Assembly (NCBI GenBank): GCA_003693705.1
Contig: RBZT01000125.1
Coordinates: 186,001 to 250,000, forward strand
Origin: Polymyxa betae A26-41
Taxonomy: Eukaryota > Protista > Endomyxa: Phytomyxea
Reading direction: 5' to 3'
Length of the DNA: 64,000 nt
In this document: piece by piece, positions 38,422 to 49,009 of the stretch
Position numbering within the stretch: position 1 is the first letter of the stretch
Layout of the letters: each line of letters opens with the position of its first letter
The notes under the pieces: model-generated
Databases searched by the model: none
What the model was told of the DNA's origin: nothing
Seen by the model: only the letters and a program-made list of their open reading frames with translations
Translations under genes and position numbers: made by a program

Positions 38422-40999
38422 TCAGAAATCGAAAATACATAATGACAATAAGACGCAGATATACACAACAACTAGATCGCTGGCTTTCAGTGCTGAAGAG
38501 GTCGTAGATTTCGAATCATGAGTAACGTTTGATTGGACGTTGCTAGTTCGGAGGCCAGCAGCTCCACCAGCAACTGAGCTTTGAACAGTAGACTTTCGAA
38601 CAGTTCCAGCTTGCGCATTTAACGACGATCTTGCCGTGGAGAGCAACCTAGCTCCTGAAGTAGATGTAAGCGAGCTCTTGATGCTTGGCAAGTTCGATGA
38701 GGACATGCTGCTGCTCGGTGTTGAAGACTGAATCGACATCGAGGATGAGCCTGAAACAACAGCACTTGGCCTATTCGGAAGCTACTTGAATTAACAGTCA
38801 CCGAAATAAACGGATAACGTACTTAGCAGTCGCAATACCATTGCCGTTTGTTGATGTAGGCGCAGGAGTAGGTCCCGGGTTTCCCTACATCAGAAGTCAA
38901 AATCAACACATAAAAATTGTCATATAAACGCACGCCGGCACCACCACCACCACCACCACCACCACCACCACCGCCGCCAGGCGAAGGTCGAGCACTCGAA
39001 GTAGGAGCTGACGACAACTTTGATATCGGTACTGGATAGATAATTGGTGCGGTAGTGCTGTTTCTCAAGCAACCATCGGATGATAGGTTCAGATATCGTT
39101 GCGGTCGATTGACGACAATAGAATCGGTATCCGGCACGACATAAACCCTCAACCCGCCGTTTTTTGACAGTGCTCGGCGCGTCGCATTCACGTCACGATA
39201 TGTTGCACGATTATGGAGCAGTCCCTTGCCAACACAGGTTTTTGGCACCACAGATAGTTGGCGAACGCAAGTATCAGTATAATTGGTGACATACGCATAT
39301 AAGCAATCATTATCATACGAATAACGACCTCCATGGATTATATAATCAGAGAGCGTAGTACCATCTACAGCTCCAATTCCGAACCATGTTAGTCTACGAA
39401 TCAACAATCAGATTCGCAAAAATTTAGACCAAGTACACAATACTGAAAATGGAGGTGAGGCCCGCCCCAAGCCCCGCCTTCACACAGAGCATCTGATTTC
39501 AATAAAGCTGCAGCAGCCAGCTTCTGACCGGTTCTAACGTAGTCACCGACTTTCACGACCGGATTGATTAGATGCTAAATTCAGTGTTCAAATATCATAA
39601 CGTTGAAGGGGCAGATATCGTACATAGTATAATGTTCTCCACCCATGCCCATGATCAATTTCAACTTTGCATTTGGAGACGGTAATAACCTGACCGGCGG
39701 CTATATGTACGGTTAAGAAGAATCTAGTTCATCTAACCAAACGGGGCATACCAGATGCAGTAATAGACCAGTTTAAGGGTGAAAAATTCCGGGTGGGGTT
39801 GTTGAAATCCAAAGAGGTATAATGCAGATTTGATGGTGTAGCCTGGACGATTTCCTGCGTGGACGGTAGCAGCGCCAAAGTCTCGTTGGAAGCAGCAAAC
39901 ATATCACCACGACCATGTGGACTGCCACCTAATACCCAACGTTCCCCTTCCGGGAATCTACACAGGAAATTAGCGTCAATAGATCAGCCAACGGCTGCAA
40001 GCATACGGCAACGCGAAAACGTCAACAGGTGGGCGCAGGCAATCGGTTTGACAGTTCGTGTCAAAAACTATTTCCTGCCCGAGATATTCGGTGTCACGGT
40101 AACGAGCCTTGAGTCTGCTTGAACCAACGCCAGCCAAGCCCAATAAGTACCCGGCCTATTCTAGTTCTGAGCACAGAACAAACAAAACAAGATCAATGAA
40201 CCGACCTCACGATAGGCACTAAACCAGCCACTAAACCGCATCTTCAAAGGATTCAGTGTCGTTATGACACTGCTATAACCGCTTTCGCCATTCTCGATTT
40301 CGACACTGACCGATGACCCGGGCTGATAACCTAAATAAGGCCTGAGCATTTCCAGCGTCTCTGAAGGCAAAACCGACCGACCCTTCATGATGCAACAAAC
40401 GGTGACCATTTGTTCGGAAATCTCGTTGATGGTTATGGGCGTGGCTCCCGGGTTTAAGCTATTCTTTGAGGATGGATCACAGGTCTGAGAGCTGCCGTAG
40501 ACCAAGATCGTTTTGACTGAAAACGGGTATTTGACATAGGCAGATGCAGATCCGACCAAGGTCGAGTCAAGATACACGGCGACCTTCAGCTGATCTTGAT
40601 CGGATTGTAGCATGGTCCAGATTGCCGTTGATGAGTAAAAGACTTTAAAGCATCCTAGCATTGAATTAGTCGAGGATATTTGATTAGTATGGGAGAGCTA
40701 CCTGATGAGGCAACACCGGGAACCGTGGTAGGAGTAAGCAGCTGCAATGTGTTATTCGACGATGTTCGAATTTGCAGCGTCCCGGATGTGTATCCAGTCC
40801 AAGCAATCAGAACGTAGGCCCGGCCGGTCGTTGAAGCATCAATAGTAGATAATGAACTCGGCAGAGTGCAATCCCAAATACTGGGAGCTGAGTCACTTAA
40901 AGAGATACCTTCTAAAGTGAAGGCAGATTCTGCTGTCAATGACAACAGATGCCATACTGCCAGGTTTAGAACAAAGCGAATCCCGCTCTGCATTGCCAT
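38422..40999 (-). CDS. Secreted, probably GPI-anchored M23A (LasA-like) metallopeptidase, paralog B
   Basis: Signal peptide (..LTAESA|FTL). Core GGSPHG...HYTSLDF...AGQVITVSKCKVEIDHGHGWRTLYYHLINPVVKVGD...DALCEGGAWGGPHLHFQ...GRYSYDNDC, then Gly13, a Ser/Thr stalk and a hydrophobic C-terminus (VVVYICVLLSLCIFDF). Confidence 0.88.
38940..38978 (-). repeat. (GGT)11(GGC)2 trinucleotide tract encoding 13 glycines
   Basis: acc repeats on the + strand, in frame within paralog B. Confidence 0.95.
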
Positions 41000-41570
41000 T
41001 GTCTAATTATAAAATATCTGCAGGCGACATTTCACCAGCGCGTCTGGTTAGATATTTCCGGCGATCAGCGATTGTCTTGCTGGCGCCAGATATCTCGAGG
41101 TGTCGCGCGACGATGGGCCAGCATCGAACGAAACCGCCTTTTTTATCGTCATTCGTAAAACGTTCTGTTGGCTCCAACGCTATAACGGATCTGAAACGAC
41201 GAATGAATAAGGGAAAGGGTAATGAGAGGGATACCCGACTGAGGCACATTATGGCATAAACATATAGAGCAGCCTACCGATCCGAAATGACAGCTGTCTT
41301 TGTGCTAAAGTGAAAGGCATTGAAATGGCCAGAAGCGATTATGTTACTTTGGGCGATTTCGTTTCTGGTCGCACTGGGTTTTTTACACTGCGATAGCCGA
41401 CATAGTACGCAATTGTTCGACAGAGACGTCTCATTTTGCGTCTTTGTCGTCATCAGATCGTGGTGTCGTCAACATCCGCCACCGCCGCCAACGTTGTCCC
41501 TGCCCCGTGCCGAATGTCTAGCGACGACTGAGCGCGATCAGCGATCCGGGGCTTTGTCAGTTGCTGGGAT

Positions 41571-43203
41571 ATGCCAGATCCGTCATCGGCCGAAGCCGCA
41601 GCCTTCACGAATGCAGCGACCGCGACGGATTCCATATCCGACGATGCGAATGATGATGTCGCCCTTGATCGGATCGTTGTGGAGGCGATGGAGAACGGAC
41701 GTGATAGGGTCATGATTCTCCAGTTCGAGAGCCAGATCGAAGCTTTCGTTAAAGACGACACGTCGGTTTCCCAAGGCCTCGTGCACTGTGACCCGATCTG
41801 ATACGAATTTCGATTATAGGAGAACGCGATTAAGTTTTCCTCCCATGTCGTCGTATCATCGGTTGATCCTGCACAGAGTCGCCCAATTTTACAAAGTCGA
41901 CCATCCCTCCCAGCTCCTACCAGATGGCAAGCGACAGATTCTTCTCGTCAAGCAGAGCTTCTCGAGAATGTAAACGCTCGTTAACTCGATTGTTTGCATA
42001 TTTAGATTTTTCCTCCTTTAGACCTCGTATTCGCATTTGTGATATGGATGCCAGCACCATTAGTCCTATTACTTCGTCTTCGACGAATCAGGTGCAAGTT
42101 TCGGCCCCTCCAATGAGGATCATGAGGAGAGCTCCAGTCGAAAGTAAACCTGAGCAATCCCAATCGACTGGCCTTACAGAATCCGAGTGTTCCCTTCAGG
42201 TATGCACGCCCTTTCAGATGACATTTCTTGTGTTGACAGGACTTAGTCTCGTGAAGAAGCGTACGCGAAAGCCCGAGCGAAATTGTTCGAATTTGACCAG
42301 TCGGCTCAAGGCGATTCTCCCCCTCCAGATCTGGTCTACTCGGACTCAAAAAGCTTCGATATCGAACCTCATGAACACGATCTCTATAGGAGAAACGTAT
42401 TGGGTTTTATTCGCGATTGGCCCAATTTTTTATTGCTTTTTTAGGTGGGTCTGTATAGCCGTACATCGAACAACCCGCCATCTATGTACAACATTGGCCA
42501 AGCTGCTCTACCACAACGATGTATGACGATTTGATATTTCAGTTTGGTTTAAATCATTTGCTTGTAGTCCAGCCTTATTGGGCGTATTGTCGTACAGGCA
42601 TCCCTCCTATGGCTCAAAGTTCTGCTGCTTTAGGCCCAATGTTTTGGCCTCGAGCAAGCATGATGCCCCCTGCGGATAATAGAGGTGTGGTAAGCTGCTG
42701 CTTCAGACTGTCCAAGTTCAATTTGCTATTATAGCCTATGCACCTTTCTACGATCCTTTTCAGTCCAGGCAAAGTTTGTTTTCACCGCCTGTTCAGCCTT
42801 TGTTTGCCAATGCTCCAAATGTCGAATATGGAAGCTGGAAATTGAACGGTCAGGGCAAAGACGTTGCAAAAGCTGATTATTCATGTCGGTCTTTTTCATG
42901 CCGAATTAACAGTCAGCTGATTGCGATGGTTAGTCTGTACCAGCATGCTGGAGATCTATGATCTGCCGGAAAACGCGAAGAATTACCAAGTTGATATGAT
43001 TCTTGACAATCTCAAACAAAGGAATTGTTCGCTCAATTGGATCGCCGACGGACGCGTTATTGCTGTTTTTGACACAGCATCGGAAGCGTTGGATGCACTG
43101 CAAACAGTAAATTCGTTTTCCACACTGACTCCAGATTCTTATTAAATTATTATAGGTGAATGATCCCAGGTACAAACTCAGGCCTTGGTCAGGCGCAATG
43201 TAG
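41571..43203 (+). CDS. R3H + SUZ domain RNA-binding protein with C-terminal RRM-like domain
   Basis: DRVMILQFE...FPPMSSYHRLILHRVAQFY (R3H), MRIMRR...REEAYAKARAKLF (SUZ), HMLEIYDLP...LNWIADGRVIAVF (R3HCC1-type RRM-like). Confidence 0.88.
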
Positions 43204-43280
43204 AATTTTAGTATTGTAATTAAATCAACATCAGATTCGTCCACTCATTTACTATTGATCTATAATATTAGACGATAGCT

Positions 43281-43832
43281 CTAAGTGAATTGGGAATAAT
43301 TTTTGAACATAGAAACTATCTTCTCGATATCGATATTATTATCTCTTTCCTTGCTTTTGTTAATTTTCGGTTGCGATTGTGGAGATATCAGTTCGATATC
43401 TTCCATCTTCTTCAATGCTGACTTGAGATCATTGTCACCATCGTGATTTATGCTGTCTCTTATTATCTCCTTTATCTCATCGTCAAATTTACAGCAATCT
43501 AACGACAATGTGATGGCTTGACAAAATTGCTATATCCACATAAGGGGCAATGGCTCCAGAGATGACTCCTTACTGCGAACGACATCGAGTTCTCTTCTGT
43601 GTTCAAATTGCATTGGTCCAAAATTTCGGATTCGCTTAAGCAACATCCAAACGATTTCGCCACATTTACAAATTCTGACATAGGTAGCTTTTTTTGGCCA
43701 CAAGATAATGTTGAAAAAAGCTGTTTGAGCTCGTCTATCTGCTCATCGCTCAACAAACTCGCTCCCTACCATTATCAAATTGGGGTTTGTTGCCACGGCT
43801 ATGATTGATAACCAGCTGCTTACTGTAGTCAT
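43281..43832 (-). CDS. Small divergent calmodulin/centrin-like EF-hand protein
   Basis: LSDEQIDELKQLF...EFVNVAKSFG..LSESEI...MSFAQFC...DEIKE. The EF loops are degenerate. Confidence 0.65.
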
Positions 43833-44015
43833 CTGTATAAAATCTCTGCTGTTTACGGATTCTATGACGACCAAATTTGTCATGTGACGATATCCAAAGT
43901 TCTAAACCGTTGCCAAAACGAATGTAGGTACCAGGACGTACCAAACTCCCAGGGTTTACTAGGTATGGCGATATTGTGATAACCCTAATTTATTCAAAAA
44001 ACTGAGTTCAGGCAC

Positions 44016-46173
44016 TTAGTTCAGCGAATCGAGGTAAGCTTGTCGATATTGTAGCTTGGCGAAAGGCATATCAAAAGGTCGGTATCTAAAAATAATAAGT
44101 AAAGCGCCGACGATTAAGTGCAAGAAAAAAGAACATACTCTCCAATAGCATCCTTATTAAAGTAAGGTGGTTCAACGGTCTGCCAATCAACGCGCTGTAG
44201 CCATTTCCCGATGAAAACCTTTAACAATCCTTCACCCCAACCGAGGGAACGTGCAGGGCATGCCCAAATAGCTGCTGAAATCTGAGAATTTAAGTTGCTA
44301 ATGCTTAAACTCATACCTTCTTTTGGGTCATGTTCGGTTGGACATCCGAACGGGAAAGTGTGTTTCTTCAGTTCAGGATTATCCAAAAAACGACGAGGGT
44401 TGAATCGTTCTGGATTGTCAAAAAATTGTGGATCACGCATTGCTATCGGATAGTATGCAACTATAAACAAACTTAATTTTCCACAGTGCCTGGTCAGAAT
44501 TGCATTACTCAAAAGGTCTCCTTTTCTAATCCTATACGCTTTTCCGTTTCCTCCAGGCATGAGAAGATCTTTTTGGGCTCTTCGAGGAGCCAACTAATTT
44601 CACAATTATGTCGGTTTCAGATTCTCGAAAGCAGTATACCTGTCCTCGAATGTAAGCGCGATAAACTTCCCAGGTTAGGGAATCCAACAGAGGATATTTC
44701 TCGACATTTTGGACGCTTTCTACGGTCAAGTTATCCATTCCAAGTTCTTTGCGAAGTTCGCTAACTGAGCCCAGATTCTCTCCCAAAGAAGCAATAACAC
44801 TTGCAAAGGGCAGGGCCAAACCTAAGTTTGTTTCGAAACATGAGACCATAGATCATAAACAACCAATCACGATCTTACCTAACCCACTGGGAAGGCCTAT
44901 CGAATAAGTCAAATTGCGATCGAAATCTTTCATCTCTATTCCCGCTTCCTAGAATCCCAATTACAAATCCGTTACAAAAAATAGATCTCAGAAGACTACC
45001 TTCGCCATATTTTCGTATTGCTTATAGTAACGGCTAGAACGGGTCGTTTTGATCAAATCATCCAGGCGTTTGTATGCACCTTGTACAGTCCAAAGAATAT
45101 CGACAAATAGCTGCAGTGCACTCAGCATTTCCAGAAGATTACTGGAAATGAATCACCTGGCCAAGAATTTCTCCAATGAAATTGTCGGCACTAGGCTTCC
45201 CAATACACCTCTTGCCAAATTCCGTCATTACTAAATTGCATGGCGGTTCAGCTCCTAAAAGCCACTCGGTAACAAAGTAACCGCTTAAATAAGATGCAGC
45301 CTGTTCTCAGTCAGAACTATTCGAAAATGATCAGCATTACATACAGCATCTAAAGTTACAAATTTTGGGTCTTTGGCGAATCCCTGAATCATTTGATCAA
45401 GGCGGTACGTGAACGTTTTCTCGATAGCATCTTCGAAATCAGGCCAACGCTTTTCCAATATTGACATAAAAAACTTTCGCGTTTTCTGTGGCATTGCATT
45501 TAACAACCGACACTTATATGGTGAAGACAGCAGTTGCTCACAGAATGGCCTTCCTTTTCAGTGGCTAGGAAACTAGGAATGGATTTCCCGAAATAATACG
45601 GTACAGCTTGGAAGGGTCCCAAACTATGCTCGCTTTGTTAGATCGGAATCCCATTGCATTACCAAAATCTTACCGATGTTTTGGGTCTCGGTCCAAACTC
45701 TCTAGATTCTGGGTTAAAAACCAATGGACAGCTGTGTTTCCTGTAAGCACGACACAATCACATCCAAGATTAGTTCGGATACACTAAATATCACGATTAA
45801 AGGGATTATAATGTCTACTGCAAACACATACAGGTGCTCCAGGAACTGACTCTTGTAACTTTCGTATTTTTTTGATATTATCCATGACGGTTTCCAAAGC
45901 GTTCAACCATGGGATCACGTTGAAAGGTCCAAACCATTTACCGAGGCGGTCTAGATAAGTCTCATAGACCGGGCATTCAGCGATCTCGGTATAGCTGAAT
46001 TCGTCCATATCGCTTTCGGCAGGCTTCTGGATGCTCTTGGGCTTCACATTTTTCGACACGTATCTCTTCGCCTGGATCGGCTGGTTTCTCCCTTTTCCGG
46101 TGTCTTTCTGGACAGGGCATCCTTTCGACTCGCTAGTTTCATACATCCTGGTCTCGGAATTCTCACCCGACAT
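44016..46173 (-). CDS. Cytochrome P450, CYP74-clan-like (allene oxide synthase/hydroperoxide lyase-like)
   Basis: VFRTN near the N-terminus, YPLLDSLTWEVYR (ExxR), AMRDPQFFDNPERFNPRRF, heme loop FPFG-[insertion]-ACPA, no AGxxT motif. Confidence 0.82.
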
Positions 46174-46299
46174 GACGACCAATCTGTAACTGCTGAAAAC
46201 GATGACAAAGTTCTCTGACAAATTTTCTCAACTTCGAACAGTCAGATCAAAGTCCCTCCAAAACGTAACGTGTTTACAGTGACAGCAGCACTTGGAGTC

Positions 46300-46883
46300 A
46301 CTGATGCAGTAGCCTGCAGTAGCGTGGCCTTCTCTCTGTGCAATTCCATAACCCTCGCCTTGTTGCGTCTCTTCTGAGTCGCCATCATGGAATGCCGTCA
46401 GATTGCCATCGCTGGCCACAACTGGATTCGTATCTTCTTCGCATGCAGCATCTCAGTAGAAACCTAAGCGATTGTTGCCCTGATCTCCATCACAATTATA
46501 CATACTGTATGAAGTTCGTGTCAAGGGTTTTATTCTGACAATTCGGGAGACTGGGTGTGGGCTGGTCAGAACGCTGTAGGCTTTCTTCGAACGAAGGGAC
46601 CGTCCATATATGGCGATAGGATGGGATGGGAGCGAAAATCGTCGGATATCTGCTGGAGCGGGCTTCGGATGCCAACCATGGCAAAAGCTTGACTTTCGTC
46701 CATTTTTTCCATGGCCAAGTTGGGAATAGCCGGTAGGGAAATCTCGGCATCGATCTTAGTATGCGTCTTGACAGTTACCTGCTCTCCGATATCGACATCG
46801 AAATCGTATTTGTCGTGGCGTTTAGCGCAGCAGCATGATAACAATGCGATGGCGATGGCGAAATGCCAGTAATATGTGGCCAT
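46300..46883 (-). CDS. Small predicted secreted protein, 3' exon structure unresolved
   Basis: MATYYWHFAIAIALLSCCCA|KRHDKYD is signal-peptide-like. No domain recognised. Confidence 0.5.
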
Positions 46884-47095
46884 GCCCAAACAATTCTGTC
46901 TATTTGATCCGAAATTAAAACTCGAGGCATTTCCGATTACCTAACTTATGGTCATGAATCGATTGATACCTCAGAAAATTCTTGACGTCTTTGGGATTCC
47001 GCGGATTTTGCGTCCGGAGTCCGAATTAGACCACTGGAAATCTACGAAAATGTTCCTGACCAAAATCATCAGATAGTTTGATAAAGTTTGTTACC

Positions 47096-48011
47096 ATGGA
47101 TGAAGACACTCAATGGATTGTGGAAGAGATCGAAAACGAATCTGGCGTTGCGCCAGCATTTGTTGCTGACCAGGATTCCGATGTAGAATCCGGGCCTCAA
47201 GCCGAGTCCAAAAGCGTCGCCCCGAAGGCGAAAAATGCAAAGAAAAGGGATCGCCTTGAAAAACTGAAAGCTGCATCTAAACGCCATAGACAAGAGAAGC
47301 ATAACCGAAACCCCATGCATGGTGTCGAGTTGCTTGGTGCTGACCAGCAAGCGGCTGCGTTCCAATCACTTCTGAACAACACCAGCAGTTTGGAACAAAT
47401 CGAGGCCAGCGATTTCGTAGACCTCTCATCTGAGAAACAGCAACATGATATCGCCGCTCTCCCCAAAACTATCAAGTCCATTCAGGCGAACTGGAAAGAG
47501 AAACTGCTGGGCAAACGGAATCCTGGTGGTTTGGTATTACTATTTCTGACCTATTCAGCTGCACGGGCTGTTCAGATTATCAAGTAATCGAAAATTTTGC
47601 AGATGTTTTTCTTGCAGCTGATCTTCTGTCCGTAGGGTCCTTCGACAGTTCCAAACGAACAAATTGCCGATCGCTAAGTTGTTCGCTAAGCATCTAAAGA
47701 TCGAAGAACAGATTGAGGTTCTGGAAGGCGACGTTCGCATCGCCGTTGGAACGCCTAATCGGTTGTTGAAGCTTTTCGATGCTGGAGCTTTATCATCGGC
47801 TCAATTAGAGCATGTTGTTATTGACATGGGGCTCGTAAGTTGCAACTGATTGGTGTTCAACTTGATCATTTAATCATGCCTTCAGGATGCCAAAAACTTT
47901 AATTTGTTTGATATCGACGCCATTCGTTCCGATTTCTTGACCTTGTTTACCAAGTACTTGGCAAGTAGTATGAAGTCGCAAAAAGGCAAATTACGACTCT
48001 GTTTATACTAA
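47096..48011 (+). CDS. CMS1: CMS1 / CMSS1 ribosomal small-subunit biogenesis protein (DEAD-like fold)
   Basis: SAARAVQII, IAKLFAKHLKIEEQI, IAVGTPNRLLKL, VVIDM..DAKNFNLFDI. Confidence 0.9.
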
Positions 48012-48067
48012 ATTATTCACCATAATATTTTCCAACAACCACATTTGTGTAATTTGGATAACAAGAT

Positions 48068-48701
48068 TTACGTTTTGATATACATGAAGCCTGCAACGGC
48101 AAAGATGACGGCGAGTGTGCCGAGAACAGCTAACAGCGTCGAGTCCAATGGCGAGACCACATTCCCTCCTCTAATTACTCCCCCATTGGGTCCTGGTACT
48201 TCCGATATCCCTTTTTCATCTAATTGAAAGGGAGCGCCTTCATCAATCCACGCTTTAACTTCGGACAGATTAACTTTGGTTAATGTGTCGTTAACAGGCA
48301 TTCGCATCCCAACCTAAACAGCAACCTATTAACGAACTTCTGAATTACTTCTGCCATCAAATTGTTCGTACTAGCTTAGGGCCACCCTTAAGCTTCACCC
48401 AAAGGAAACTATGTTTATGATCGCCTGGAACTACCAGCTTCATCGATGGATTGAGCTTCGATTGGACATTGACCAAATGGTTATAGGCGTTGTTAGCATT
48501 CGTTAAGAATAGAGGGCAGCCACGGGTCGTCTCGTTTTGATGCAAAGAGGCATTCAAATACTGTGACAGCAGAGGCCAAATGTCTTGAGAAAACGTCAAC
48601 TTTCGAGTTCGTATAACAACATAATCGTCGTCGGGATCCTGTGAATATGTACAAGCGACCTGACAGATTAATATGATACCAAGAAAGATATCAGGTCGCA
48701 T
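48068..48701 (-). CDS. Single-pass membrane protein with planctomycete-type cytochrome c-like domain lacking CxxCH cysteines
   Basis: Signal peptide; LTFSQDIWPLL...LVVPGDHKHSFLWVKLKG...GMRMP...EVKAWIDEGA; C-terminal TM LLAVLGTLAVIFAVAGFMYI. One GT-AG intron. Confidence 0.72.
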
Positions 48702-49009
48702 CGGCGCCGGTCGCGGAATTGACCCCGACACCTGGGTTGCAGGCAATTTTTTGAAGTAATGCCGTCATGATGGTTCGCGAACATGGGGTCGATTGATAAA
48801 ACAATCGAGAATATCCGAGATTGCACTAACAATTGAAAACGATGACGTTATTATCGAAGATGGTTTGCTGTTTGATAATGACCAAGGAGGCCGTCATGAC
48901 GCAAGTGAAGAACTGAGGGCTGGGCGGCGGCGCCGCCTCTATTCGAAATGTAACATTAGCAGCCCCCCTTCGTTGAAAAGCAGCGGCTAATTCGTCTTAA
49001 ATAAACAGC

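Noticed and set aside
36116-40999. Bacterial contamination or mis-assembly as the source of the M23A genes
   Set aside because: Both copies have host-style short introns at shared positions, signal peptides, and (in B) a GPI-like tail, and they are flanked by core eukaryotic genes.
43981-43990. Telomere-like AACCCTAA motifs (also near 4745 and 11490)
   Set aside because: Isolated single copies in an intergenic gap and at intron boundaries; compatible with chance or splice-signal sequence.
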